From positions 116,004,001 to 116,068,000 of the forward strand of contig NC_087436.1 in assembly GCF_036321535.1 (NCBI RefSeq): a stretch of DNA of 64,000 nucleotides, in the 5' to 3' direction. Position 1 is the first letter of the stretch, and each line of letters starts with the position of its first letter. Below, piece after piece: positions 48,041 through 61,610 of the stretch. The notes under the pieces were generated by a model that did not search any database, was not told the DNA's origin, and saw only the letters and a list, made by a program, of their open reading frames with translations. This DNA comes from Camelus dromedarius. Lineage: Eukaryota. The position numbers and the translations under genes were made by a program.

Positions 48041-49539
48041 TAAAAAACATAGACACAGATTTGGAACCAAAGCCTAAATCGTTCATAAAAAGAGGGACTT
48101 TCTGTGTGGATCTGAGAGGAGGGTTTTGCCAAAGCATTTCTCCCTCAGGAGCCTACTGGAGAAACTCAGTATGGGAGCGCTGGTCATTTGGAGTCTCCCT
48201 CCTGCTCATCATCTCATCTTTCCACTTCTGTCTGCATTAAATCTGGCATCGTTTCCCTTATTTTGCAGGAAGAGGTGCCAGGCAGTCCGTCCAGAGCCAC
48301 ACAACTAACCAGCAGTGTCTGGGATTTGAATCTGGACTTGTTTGTCTCCAAACCTGTGCTTTTTTCCACTGAAAGAAGCAGCTTCTGAGCAATGGAATCA
48401 TCACCTCATGCCAGGAACCCAAACTGAAATCGCATCAACAGGAACAAGACATCACAATTTTGCCACTAAAGGAGCACTTCTCCCAGCCACATGCCACTGG
48501 GGATTTGACCGTAATACAAATTAATGATGATGGAAGTTAATCGTATGCAACTCCATTCTGAGCTTAGCCTAAAGCCTTTCATTCGGCTCATGTTTCCATG
48601 ATTCTCATGCTAACTGAAGAGAGTCTTTGAGGGCTCTCAGAGACCCAGTCAGCACCGTACAGCGTTCTTGATAACTTTTTCAGCATGTCCCTTTATTGTC
48701 AATTAATATTTATAAGTGTCTAGAGGGTTCACATCCTAGTATTTGAGAAATGGTTTATGAAGTGACTTGGGTAGAAAACACAAACTGCATGTGCTTGCAT
48801 GCAGCTCTTACATCTGAGGTTAATTTCTGAATTTATTTGATTCACATTTCATTAACCCGTTGGCAGAATGTTATATAAGGGTGCAACCTGGGTCCTCAAA
48901 CCCAAGACTGAGATATTAGTATTCATTTATGATTTGGGTAGGTTGTCTAGGTGGAATGATTCTCTGTTGTCAGGCTGCAGGGATGACAGGCAATAAATGA
49001 ATAAAACACAGTCTTCCAAGAGAATTCAAAAACGCCAGGCTTTCCCACCAGCAACAAAAGTAATGTGTCCATCTTGGGAAAATAGACGTTATCAATACTT
49101 CTGGCATTCCTTCAAAGCTTTTGGAACATAGACATTCTATAATGACTTCGCCTTCAAAAGTAATCTCTCCCAGTGTGATAAACATTCCCATTGCCCTGGA
49201 CTGCGTGCTCAGTATTCTGGACCAAGTGAATCAGTCACCTGAATCCAGTAATCAGATTTTAGACCTCAAGTGGACATCTGAGAGGACCTGTTCATCAAAC
49301 ATTAGGGATCGTGATGGTCATCCAAAGTCTAACATCCTAATTAAATAGTTGAGGTCCAGAAAGGTTGACACCCATGTCTGAAGCTGTGTGTCTATTTAAT
49401 GACAGAACTGGTTTATAATCTGTTTATAAACTTATTCCCCAAACATCCGTGAGCATCAGCTGTGTGCCAGAAGCTGGGGGTACTGGCTAGCTTCCAGGGC
49501 TCTACAGTGAACTGGGGAGACACCAGGCGAGTCAATATT

Positions 49540-49760
49540 CACGATGGCGAATCAACACTTCACAGGCTCCGGAATAGCCTGTCTGGGTTCAAATCTCAGT
49601 GAGTCCACTTACTAGACATGGTACTTGAGCTACAGCATCTGAAAATTGAGGGTAAACATTGCACCTTAAAATGCTGTATGAACTGATTCATGTAATACCT
49701 GTGAGATTCTTAGAGTAGCACCCAGCACACTGCAAGCAACCGGCGTATCTTGACTGTCAG
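49540..49760 (+). mobile_element. MIR SINE
   Basis: ctgtctgggttcaaatctcag...cacttactag...catctgaaaattgaggg. Confidence 0.65.
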
Positions 49761-49893
49761 CCTCCACACTGTCATCATCACTATATGCACCATGAGAAAT
49801 TTAAATGCAAGGTTTCAAATCAGTATTTAGAGAAGAGGTTCATAATCCAGCCTGGAAAGCAGAGAGAGAGCTGGAGGAATAGAGCGACGAAGA

Positions 49894-50417
49894 TGTTCAG
49901 GATAAATAATGAAATATATTTATATTTCACCAAATATATCAGGTCCTAATCCCTGGAATGTATAAATGCTACTTTATTTGGATAAATGATCTCTGCAGAT
50001 GTGATGAAGTTAGGACCTTTAGATGGAGGGTTCATCTCTATTTCACACACGTTGCCGTAAATATAATCACAACTATCCTTCTAAGAGAGGCAGAGAGAGA
50101 TTTGACAGAAAGATACTCAGAAGAAAAGGCAATGTGAAGATGGGACAGAGAAGAGAAATTGAAGATGCTGGCCTTAAAAATTGGAGCCATGTGATCACAA
50201 GCCAGGGGATGCTGGCAGCCACCAGAAGCTGAAAGAGACAGGGGCCAGAGTCTCCCCCAGGGCCCCCAAGGGGAAGGAGGCTTTGCCAACACTTTAACTT
50301 GGACTCAGTGATGTGGATTTCAGACTTCAGGCCTCCAAAACTGTATGAGAGTAAATGTGTTGTTTCAAGCCACCAAGTTTGTGGTATTTGTTACAGCAGT
50401 CACAGGACACTGATACA
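49894..50417 (+). mobile_element. MLT1C-like MaLR solo LTR, near full length
   Basis: gtcctaatccctggaa...gcagatgtgatgaagtt...gcagccaccagaagctg...aagccaccaagtttgtggtatttgttacagcagtcacaggacactgataca. Confidence 0.9.
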
Positions 50418-51934
50418 CGAGACTTCCTGGAATAGAAGGCTTTTGAGATGTAGCCCACAGGGTGAGTAAAAGGTAGCTGGGCAGATAGAAGAAGACAGGT
50501 TTAGTACACAGAAGGAAAATCTCTGAAGAGGCTCTGACCTCACACTTCGGTAAAGCTGGGCTGACGATTATCTCTAGGAGAGGCAAAAGGTGAGGCCAGA
50601 GAGGAAGCAGAAGGAAGATGACCAAAATCCTTGAGGGCTTATTTCGAGTTTGAAGTCTGGACACACAGTGTTTGAGCACGCTCATTTAACAAAAGGTGAG
50701 GAATTCCCAAGACCGGTTTCTGAAGAAGTAAGAAGAGCCCAGTGACTCTCCTTGAAAAGGGGCAAGTGACCCCTGACCTTATAATGAACGAGGATGGAAG
50801 GGGACGTATTGCATATGGATACCTACCTCATCCAAATGACTGTCACTAGGAGGCTTCTTAGAAAACTGGGGCTGTTGGAGTCTCAGCAAAACAACAGCTA
50901 TAAAAATAATACAGTACCCCAGAAACAGCGGCTTTCACAGCCAAGTTTGAGAATAGCATCTATCTGGTGATGCCAAGTTAGGAAGAAACAGCTTTTGGTG
51001 CCTGGGTAGAAGGGGACGAAAACCATCAGGCAAGCACAACCAAAACCTCTGGTTAATTAGGAGAAATGGAGGCGATGCTTTCCTCCATGGTCTATTTTAA
51101 ACTTAAATAGAAACAAAGTATGTGCCTGTTCTGGGTTCTTTCTATTTATTTATTCTTAAAAATTTCAGTTTGATTAAGAAAAAATAGTATTTAAGCATTG
51201 GAAAAAACTCACGGGATAGCGTCTGTGCTGTTTGTATTTTCAATCTGCTACACTGCAATATTGGAACCCTCCATGTATGTATTTTTTAGTCCATTCCAAA
51301 AGCAGCATTTTTTTTTTTTTTAGAGGTTGTAATTTCTTTTAATTTAATAGGAACCAACCTTGTTCCCAGAATGACCTCTACTGGACTTGGAGTTGTGTTG
51401 CCAGAAGCAGGGGTTGATGCATACGTTAATCATGGGATGCAAAATCAGTGGGAAATCACTTGTTACGTGGCTGAGTTTTCCAATAACTACAGGTGTGACT
51501 CAGAAGACGCTAGGTGTTGGTCATGACTCTGCTGGAAGTGAGGAAAGGAAAGATCACCTGCGATCTGCCAAGCCCTGCATGCGTGTTTCACACACATTAC
51601 CTTAAATTCTCCCAGAGGTCCTACACTATGCTCATTTTATTATTGTATATTACAGGAATCCCACGCCTAAAGAAACGTGCCAGTGTTCACACAGCTAACG
51701 ATAGAGCTAGAATTCAAATTCAGGTATTATGTTTTGACAAAGGAAACTATGGTCTTAAGTTTCTTTTGTCGGGAGTTAATGAAAAAAGACTGTCGAGTCC
51801 CAAAGCGGTGCCAGGCTGTGGTCCCTTGAGGTCCCATCACTTCTAAGAGAGCAGGACGTTCCTGGGCTCGTGGCAAAAGACAAGAATGGTTCATCATGTT
51901 TCAGAACATAGGAGCACACCAGAGGTCTAACGTT

Positions 51935-54400
51935 ACTCGTTATTTTTAGATTTGTTAGAAAGTATTTAAACATATACAAAAGTAAAGTGAATTGTCCAAT
52001 AAATCTACAAATCTACTACCCAGATTTTTAACAGTTGTCAATTATTTTCCATAACTGATGAATCTGTTCTTTTTAAAAATTTGTTGCTGTAGTAAAGCAA
52101 ATCCAAGACTCCACTTCATTCCTACATTTTTTTTTTTTTTTTTTTAGTATACGCTGCCAAAAACTATGGACAAAATGGTACAGACTATAATGCCATGGTA
52201 GCACGTAATAAAATTATCATCAATTCCTTCTCAGGATCAAAACTCTAAGGACATAATCAAATTTCTCTGTCTCCACAATGTCTTTATATGTGTGTGTATA
52301 TATATATTATACATATATAATATATATATGTATTATTTTTTGTAAAACACATCCGCAAAATATCTGTTAAGCCCCTCTTTTTTCCTTTGATATTGATTTA
52401 TGAAAAATATTATACTTGTCCTTTAAAATATTTATATTCCAAATAATATACAGTCCCAGTTTACATGGGACTGTTCTGCTGTGTATATTTTTTCAACCCT
52501 AGATAAAACCATTTGTAACTCAAGAAAATCCTCGTTTGGGCCATATGATCATCACATATTCTTTACTCATCTCTTTGCTTATTGTGATATTCAGCTGGTT
52601 TCTTTAGCTTCCTTTTTCTTGAAAATCAGTTCCAGAGCTCTGATTATATTAGGATTCAACCTTCCTTGGCACAGGTATCTCACAGGCGGTGCCACACCCT
52701 CCGTATTGCACGCAGTAGTGAGACGTGCCAAGTTCAGAGTTGCTAAACTGGACCAGTGGGTTCAAGTGGTAATTCTCGATTTCTTCATTATAAAGTTCCC
52801 TCATCAGCCTTTCCTCCAATGATTTCATTCTGAATCTTTTATTTTATTAGAGTTTTCAAATGGTGATTTTCTGATTTTATTTCCTCCACTTTTTAGCTTG
52901 AATTCATCTCTGGGGAACTTTTTAATGCCCTATAGGGCTATTTGATTAAACTTAAATACAAATCCATACACTAAAGACATGTTAAATGCTTAATTATTTT
53001 TTAAATTGCCAAATTTCTGAATAAGTACCGAGTAACCTAGTTTCTTCCAACAGTGTACAATAAACTTGATTGGTGGGGTGAGGGGTGTGGAAAGAGGGGA
53101 ATGTAACAGTAGGGGAGTGGAATTTCTTTATTTTCTGAGTGGGAAAAATTATAATGAACTCAAGAGTTTTAAATATTCCATGTAGCTCAATCAATTGAAT
53201 TTATGCTCTATTTAATGCTCAAACTGTTCCTTCTTTTACTAGCTGGGACTCATCCTGATTGAGTTCTTGGTTCTTCTGAAAACTCCTGGTGCAACAAAAT
53301 ATTCAATGCTTGCCTTATATTTATTAACCATTTCTCCAAGGAGTGCTGGGTACTTTTAGTGTGAAAAGGTGATAGGGATCACCGTTTGGGCAGTAAGTGT
53401 GCTTATTGATATTAGCATGTCATTGCTTCGACGTTTTTTGGTTGTAAAGGGTTTTCTTTTAACAAACAAACAAAATTAATGGCTTTATTCTTATATTCCT
53501 TTGCAAATGCAATATTTGATTTTTTTTTCTTTTTTGCTTACCTAACTTCTTGATTTTAAATTCATGCCTCTTTTCTTTTATGCAGAAAATCTTGGTAACC
53601 AACAATATTAAGATAATTTCTTAATGCATTCTATGTATAACACTGCCAGTATCACGACTAACAGTTAAACACATGTATGTATTTTAAGATTTCTTGACCA
53701 ATCTCTTTGTCTTTGGAAAATATCCCATTAGACATGCAGAATTAAAATTTAGTTTCCTAAAATAACTTGAAATAATTATTTTTCTGGATGCAATTACATC
53801 ACCAACTTGATAATACTTTCCTTTGTCTTAAGTTGTTTTGAAATTTTAGGAACTATTTTTGGTTTTTTTTTTTACTTAGTTTCATATTTTTGGATCTGTG
53901 AAACATTTTCTATTTCCAAAGCCAAAACTATACATGAAATACATAAGAGAGAATTTTCACTTCCTTCTATATAGATAACCATGTTTTGATCAGTTTTTAG
54001 TTTATCTTTACAGCGTTTAACAAATATAAGAGTGTACACACACACACATACATATGTATAATATTTTGTATTTCACATGACTTGTCTTTCTCAAGCACGC
54101 TCAAAACTTCGTAGGTCACCCTGCACTTTGCGCTTCTTGTGCTTAACAGTATCTCATGGAGGAGGCTCCACATCAGTACACAGCTTCCTCATACTTTTTT
54201 ATCATTTCATTATGACTGTTCCGTTGTGTACACATAACATAGTTTATTCAACTGACACCAGACTGTTGGACATCTGGATAGCTTATTTATTTATGTTTAC
54301 TTTTTGCTATTACAAATAGTACTTCAACAAGTAATTTTGTACATATGCATCAATTCATTTTTTTTCTGATGTATCTCGGGGTGAACTGTGATGTCACCTT
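51935..54400 (-). mobile_element. Ancient L1 3' region(s) (L1MC4/5-L1ME-like), fragmented
   Basis: Reverse L1 end aagtatttaaacatatacaaaagta, then atttctccaaggagtgctgg...ttttagt and ctgttggacatctgg...ttttgctattacaaa. Confidence 0.6.
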
Positions 54401-54499
54401 TATCATAAATAAATTTCCCGTCACATGTAATTTTTGTTTAGAAATAAAAAGAAAGCTCGTGAAAAGGCTCTCTTCATATTCTCTGAGAAGTCTATTTCG

Positions 54500-56720
54500 T
54501 CCATTTATTCACACATTCCCTTTTTTGCAAACAGCTCTAATGTGCGCTTCCTGGGTTCAGTCATCATTTTAAGTGCTGTGTCTATACCAACAAACAAAAA
54601 TGACAAAAAGCCTTCCTCTCCAAAAGCTTTTATTCTAGGTTGGAAAGGCGGACATAAATAAAATCATAAATGATCCATACAGGGCACTGAAGGTGATAAA
54701 AGCTATAGACCGAAATTATTTTAAAAAGGAAAGAAATGACGTGCTGGGTGTGTGATTTTACATAGAGTGTTCATGTAGGTCCTCAACCTTGGGAGGTGAC
54801 ATTTAAGAAAATAGTTAATGGAGGTGAGGAATCAGTCAATCTAATAGTCAGAGAGAATAAAAATTACTAAGGCCCGTGGACCAAAAACACGCTTGTCAGG
54901 TTCAATGAGCAGAGGAACGCCAGTGTGGCTGATGTGGAATAAACCTGCGGGGTTAGAGACTTAACAGTGGTCAGATTACGTAGGGTCTAATAGGCTACTT
55001 CAAGGAGGTTTTATAAAGCAGAGACATGGCATGATCAGACTTATCTTGTAACAAGATCACTCTGGCTCTTGGGTTGGGGATAGATGGCAGGAGGGTGAAG
55101 ATGGAAACAGAAAGATGCATTAAGAAGATATTGCAATAAGCAAAGCATGGACTAACCAGGCCTAAGCCGGTTAATATGGTAAATTGGTGAGAGGGAATCA
55201 AATTATGGACCTACTCTTTTGAAGGAAGGACTTAGGATTTCCTGATGAACTGAGTAAAATGCAAATATTCCTACAGGGTTTTGAGGCCTCATCAATTTAT
55301 AGTTGGGGTGTGACTTTTTTAAAATATAAGTTCAGTTATAATGTACATATCCTAAAATTCACCCGTTTTAATTAAGTTGTGCAACCATCACCACCAATTC
55401 AATTTTACAGCACTGTCCTCACGCCAAAAAGGACCCTCCTGTCTACGTGTAGTCATTCCCCGTTCCCACTCCCAGTCCCGGGCAACCACTCATGTTTCAG
55501 TTTCTGCAGGTTTGCCTCTTGACATTTCATATAAATGGAATTACATTTAAAAAAGAAAGAGAGAGAGAAAGAAATGAGAGAAGGCCGATACTAAGAGTTG
55601 TTTGTTTTTGTGTGTGTTTGTTTTTGGCCTGAACACCTGAAAAGAGTGAGTTTCCATTGTCTGAGACGAATAAGACTTACAGAGTCTCAGTGTGCTCAGA
55701 GGAGATCAGGAGTTCAGGTTCAGATTTGTTAGGCTGGAGATATCCATTTTATAACCAAGTGAAGATGACCAGTAGACAGTTGGACATATAAATTTAAAGT
55801 TCAAAGAAGAAGTCTGGACTAGAGATTTAAGATTGGGAGCCTTTGACACACAAGTGGGATCCAATACCATTAAACTGGCTAAAATCAACAAGTGAGTGAG
55901 TATAGACAGAAAGCAGACAAAAACCAGTGGCTGAGCCCAGAGTGGCTCCAGTGTCAGGAACAGAGAAAGAATCAGCAACGGAGATGGAGGAGGAGGGATC
56001 TGGGACGTGGTGAGGAGCATCAAGGAAATGTAATGTCTTAGAACCTAACTGAAGACAGTCTTTCAAGGAAGAGGGGGTGACTACCCCTACTGAATGCTGC
56101 TGGTAAGTCAAATGGGAACTGGCCACAGGACTGAGCATCACAGAAGTCATTGATGAGCTTATGAAGGAGTTTTGGTGGAGTGTAGGAATGAACATCTCAT
56201 TAGAGCTCATTAAAAAAAAAAATAATAGCGGGAGTGGAGAGACTGGAAACACTAAGTACAAGAATCTCTTTTGAGAAGTTCTCCTATAAAGAGGAAGAGA
56301 GGATTGTAAGAGTTGGGAAAAGAAGTCAAGTCAGGAAGGATATATATATATTTTTTCAGTTGTAGAAACTATGATGTTTTCTATCTTGATGATTATGTTA
56401 CAGGATAGAAGGAGAAAATGATGCAGAAGAAAGAAGAGGTAAACCCATGAAGTAGTGCCCTTGGAGAGGCACAAAGAGACCTAGGACACAAGGGGAGGGG
56501 TTAGCCGTGGAGAGGGACAGGGACAATTCACCTGTACAAGTTAACAGGAGTGAAAACAGAGCTTATGAGTATGGATGATGGTAGCTGGATGTAATAGTTG
56601 AGGCAATTTGTTCATGAGTTTGTTCAAATCTTCTGAGTGTTCCTATTTTCTCAGTAAAATTAGAAATGTGATTAGCAGCTGAATGTCAGGAGGAAGAGAT
56701 GTTGGAGGAATGAGGAGAGA
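54500..56720 (-). mobile_element. L2a-like LINE with RT fossil, interrupted by an L1 fragment
   Basis: Minus strand ~56030-56115 translates FDLPAAFSRGSHPLFLERLSSVRF, resembling L2 RT. Reverse 3' tail near 54500. Confidence 0.85.
55315..55546 (-). mobile_element. L1MB-type 3' end nested in L2
   Basis: aaaattcacccgtttt...gttgtgcaaccatcaccac...ggcaaccact...gacatttcatataaatggaattaca. Confidence 0.8.
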
Positions 56721-57689
56721 GGAATTGGTATGAATGAACACCAATAGGATGCTTCTGTCCTTCACGTTATTATGCTCCAATAAGCAGTACGTAAGTGAGT
56801 GCATTTGTCCTCATCCAATATGAAGTGTCTCTGTCAGGAGGCCTGTTGCACGGTGACCTCATGAGTGGTTAGTATTGACAATATCAAGCATATTCATGGT
56901 CACCTGAAAACTGTTCCACAGCATAATCAGTTATACCCAGAGTGGTGAAATTAAATGGTAAAAAGTTTGAGAATAGCAGACAAAAATACTGATGTGGTTA
57001 AGCCCTCAGAGGATGCTGTGATCAGGACCAAAGCCATGGACCATCCACTTCTAACATGGAACCTGTACCCTTTCTCCTGCACCATCCTGCCTCTCTCTTG
57101 TCAGTGTCTTTCTCACAGCTTCTGTTTCAAGACTTTTCATTGTAATGGAAGTCAACTTGAGCGGTTCTAAATGAAGCTTTCAGCTCCAGTGGAACTTGTC
57201 TTTGATCTATGGCCTCTTGTCTGAAGTGTCAGTGAGATGTGGTATCTGGGCATGTGGTTGAGCCTGCTGGCCTCCGAGTTCATGTGTGCTGGCTAATTAG
57301 GGAAAATGTTGAATGCACTACGAATCTCAGGTGGAATCCATGTCCAGTTCCATTGGCTCTCATTTGGCCTGCAGGTTGGAAGTTGGACTCCCAGGGTCTT
57401 AGAATGTGAGCTCCCATGGATTCCAGGTTGTCCACTTTCCTTTTGTTCCATTTATTTTTGCCAAAGAAGAAAAGTGAATCACACACTCTCAGTAATAAAT
57501 AGAACCAGCCTATGACCCTGGTTAGGGAAGTTCCATCAATAATAGTTTCCAGAAACTACATTTTGCCTGTTAATCTTCCTGGCAAAAAATTAAGAGCTTC
57601 CAAAGATGTGTTCAGAGATGAAATAACACACTGTGAATTTCAGAAGGAAACCATACCAGGGATGGAATGGCGACCAGGGAGAAGGGGTG

Positions 57690-57890
57690 GTCTAGTGCAA
57701 AGAGGAGAGCAGCTGGAAGACCTGGGGTGTGATTTCATGGAACGAGTATGTGACCTTAGTCACGCTGTGCAACTTTAGTTTTCTCATCTGCAAATAAGGA
57801 TAATGCCTTAAACACCATCATGAGGACTTGTAAGAATCTTTTGAGATAATGCATGCAGTGAAAGCTTTCTCTAAATGTTTGTTCTATGGC
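57690..57890 (+). mobile_element. MIR SINE
   Basis: gtgacctt...ttagttttctcatctgcaaataaggataatgcct...tgagataatgcatg. Confidence 0.7.
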
Positions 57891-60459
57891 CTCTATCTAA
57901 ACTGTAAGCCATTGTCTTTGAAATTTCTTAGGAAGAAAGAAAGTACGGCAGGGGGGAGAGATCGGAGAGAGAGGAATAAAGATGATCAAAACGTGCTGTT
58001 ACAACCAGCTAGATTTATAGTAATTTGTTACACCAGTAATAGGAAACTTATACACTAACCGAAGAGATCAAAACCATCGATCTATCCCAGGATTTTTCAG
58101 CATCACACATGGAGAAACAAATGCTTAGACTGGCCGAGAAACATAGTGAGGCATCCCTATGAGTGAATATCATCCCTTGTCACAGGAAAACAAATTGTAT
58201 GGAAATAAATCAACTGAATCAGGAGCTTGGCAGGACCCCGAAAAACTCTGAAGAAGAGATGCTAAACCAGGATGATACTGGGGGGACGCTGGAGAGACAG
58301 GTCAGGGTTGCAGACTAACCACGTGGTAAAGCCACCAAAAACTCAGAGAGGAGGGAGAAGGTAAACAGAACACAAGGGACAGAGAAAGGAAAACCAATTT
58401 CAGTAATGCCAGGGAGTTGGCACGGATAGAATCTGGGGGCAGATCACAATGAGGACAGTGGCTAATCATTGGCCCTCAGGTGTGCTGGGCTCTGGCTAAA
58501 GCCTTCATGGGCATTAGAGCCAGGAATCTTCACCATCGATTCATCACCCGTGCTGTACCATGAATTCCGCACAATCACGCAGTGGGGTTAAGAGGAGGGC
58601 TGATGGGGCCATGTACTGACCTAGGAAGGAACAAGTGGTGAACTGAAACGTGCTTTAAGAACACCAACGCAAAGTTAATTGTTCAATGGAGAAGCTGCTT
58701 TCCTCGAAGGAGGACCTGGTGGGCTTCCGGTGGTGGGCAGGGAGTGTCCCGTCTCCCGCTGCCTGCGTGAGTCTTCACTGCCACTTGGCTGTCACCTCGT
58801 TTTCACTCTTCCCACGTCTACCTCTTCTGCCCTGAGTTCCACTTTTGAGTTCTCTGCTGACTGACACTGTGTGTAACCTTCAGGAAGCTAATTAAACCCC
58901 ATTTCTCAATTTCCTTGATTGGCTTAAATAGCAGTTAATTGATCAGAGGTTTCTGGAGATTAAAGAAAACTACCCATTAGTCACAAGGAAAAGTCTCCGT
59001 GATTAGTCTGATGACAGGAGGCTTTCTACATGTAAGGCACGACTCAGTTCCCTGACAGTCTTCCTGTCAGACGCCACGGCCGGCCTGGTGCCTTGGTGGA
59101 CCGTCTCAGGACTGATTTGTGCTGACAGCCCCGAGTGCGGAGCAGGTTGAACAGGGAGGCGTTCCATGTGTGTCATTTAAAATACAAAGCCTCTCTTTTC
59201 ATGACATCATTTCACCACTGAAACTTGGCTCAAGGGAAATCCATCTCTTCCTTCCTAGCGAATTCCTGTACATTTTTTTTTTTTTAGAGTCCCTTACTTG
59301 CATCATTCCAAGACTGTAAGGTGCTGTAAACCACCTTGGGTTGTTCTCCACTGAAAGTTTCCAGACCTGCTAATTCCAAAGCGCTGTGGCAACAGTAAGA
59401 ATTTCCAGGATGAGACACGGGGTTTCTCAAAAAAAATAAATTAATTAATTAAAAAAAAATAAATATAATAATTAGCAAAAATTTGTCAACCAGGCCTTGG
59501 TTAAGAACCCAGTATCACAGAAAATCCAACGGCTTCAATCTGAATAATTTATCTCTATCTCTGCTCGTATCTCCCTACTTATCTTGATGGTGGAGAATGA
59601 ACACTGAACAAGAATCTACGTGCCATGTACCAGATCTTGGACTACAAATTTTAAGTGCTATATTTTATATTTAAGTTCATTTAATTCTCCCAAAAAGCTC
59701 TGAGTAAGCCCACAATGTAAGTGTCACTCTGTTTGTTCTGCATTTGTCAGACTGTGGTTGGGAAAAGTTAAGTCACTCATAGTCACGTTGCTGATAAGGA
59801 GCAGGTTTTGAGATCACATCTGTCTGATGCAGGAGTCTGGCCCTTTCCGCAATATCAGGTTGTTTCTAAACCACTGTCTAAGTCTGATATCAGAGTCGTC
59901 TGGGTCTTCAAAAAAAGAGAGGACTTTCCCAGGTCAGGGACTGAGGAAGAAAGCTGAATCATTCTTATATAAGATCCCGAGTAATTCTCAGAACAAACCT
60001 AACATGACAGCAATCTCCTAATTTTGCATAGGAGGAGGCTGGGGCTCAGAGAAGATAGGTTGTTTGCTTTTTGGGGGATTTCATTTTGTACAGAATCACC
60101 GAGAAGTAAGAGTGAAGCATGGAGTCCTGAGACCTGAGTCCTGAGTCCTGTGACACTGTCACTAAATCCAGGAAGTTCAACATCCCAATCCTACCCTAAA
60201 TCAAGAATGGCTCATGAATTTGTTTGTTTGTTTGTTTGCTTAACTTCTTCCGTACCACTCCACATAAAATCTCTCTGCAGGCCCTGATTGCTTTACCTTC
60301 CGAATGCATCTGGACTCCACCACTTCCAACACCTCCACGCACGACCACCCTGCTCCAGGTCTCTGGTGTCTCTTTTTCAGAAAGCCCCTCCCTGATCGTC
60401 CTCTGACAGTCAGCGCTGTTCACCTGTCCAGTCTCTGTCTCTCCTCACTTCTCTAACAG

Positions 60460-60900
60460 AGGGCTAGTTTTGTTTGGACCAGTAGCACGTCCACAGGAAG
60501 ACAAACCCTCCAAACCCCAATTCACAGCCTTCCCTGACGGTAGGCGTAGACATTCCATACTGTTCTGAGCAATGAGACATGAACTGTGGTCTCCTGTTGA
60601 GCTTTAAGAAAGCCTTTTTCCTCCAGCTGTAGGAACTTGCCTTCTTCCTTATCACCGCTTTCTTTCTGCCTGGAGCATGGAACCAGCGGCCAGGTGCAGC
60701 ACAGCCATCTCGTAACCCGGAGGGTGAGAACTGCGTGCTGCGCATTGTGGAGTAGAAACTGGAAGAGCCTGGGTCCTGCGTGGCTTCACTGAGCGCCTCC
60801 CCACGCTCTGGGCAGCTGAGGAGATGCCAGTTTACCTTGCCTTCATGTCCGACAAAGGGAGTATAAATACAAGATAACTTCATGGTCTCCTAATCCTGAC
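60460..60900 (+). mobile_element. Old MLT1 (J/K/L-like) MaLR LTR
   Basis: cacagccttccctgacggtaggcg...ttctgagcaatgagac...cagccatctcgtaacc...ggaagagcctgggtcct. Confidence 0.7.
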
Positions 60901-61049
60901 ATGAACCCATAGGACTCCTCCCCAGCCTCCTGGTGATCCCTCCTCACTGACTGTACTCCCTGTAAACTTTGAACTTCAGGATCAGATGCGGAGCCAGCCT
61001 TGCATACACAGCTTAACAGCTGCACAATTGCATACAAATCTCTCTCCCT

Positions 61050-61195
61050 CTCTTTACTTTTTATTTTGAAATAACTTCAAATGAACAGAATAGTTGCAAG
61101 ACATGTATAGAAAAGTTACGTATATCCTTTTTACCAGATCCACTAGCTTTTAATATTTTATTGTATTTGCTTTATCGTATTCCCATACTCTTTGT
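61050..61195 (-). mobile_element. Ancient L1 3' terminus
   Basis: ttttattttgaaataacttcaaatgaacagaatagttgcaaga...tatatcctttttaccagatcc. Confidence 0.65.
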
Positions 61196-61197
61196 CT

Positions 61198-61356
61198 CTC
61201 CCGGTATCCCTCGTTCCTCCATTCCAAGCTTCCTCTCTGTCAGTATCTGCGGATTGAACCAACCAGGCGGTGTAGCACTACAGTATTTACTGCTGAGAAA
61301 ATCCACATGTAAGTGGACCCGTGCAGTTCAAATCCACATTGTTCAAGGGTCAACCC
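61198..61356. mobile_element. MER8/Tigger2-family DNA transposon fragment
   Basis: tatctgcggattgaaccaacc...aaaatccacatgtaagtggacccgtgcagttcaaatccacattgttcaagggtcaac, ending in the Tigger2-type TIR. Confidence 0.85.
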
Positions 61357-61389
61357 AGACCGACACGGCCGCTACTGAGCTGTAGTGAG

Positions 61390-61610
61390 TAACCGTAGCT
61401 CCTTCTAAGCACCGGGCGCTGCTCGGAGAGCTTTGTACCCGTTTACAGCTCCTGGTAGCCCGAGAGGCAGGGACTAACGTGTTCCCCTTTGCACCTGAAG
61501 GAAATGGAAGCACAGGGAGGTTAAGTAACCTTCTCAAGTCACACAGCTTGCAAGTGGTGGGGCTAGAGTCACACCTGGGAAGATGAACTCGAGACCACGC
61601 GGTGACTGCT
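61390..61610 (-). mobile_element. MIR SINE, CpG/GC-rich copy
   Basis: ggaaatggaagcacagggaggttaagtaaccttctcaagtcacacagc. Confidence 0.75.

Noticed and set aside
55706..56261. Overlapping 105- and 144-aa minus-strand ORFs
   Set aside because: Inside the L2 fossil; the RT-like motif is in another frame and interrupted by a stop.
60122..60156. Short GAGTCCT-like 7-bp tandem repeat
   Set aside because: Ordinary slippage repeat; no spacers, not CRISPR-like.
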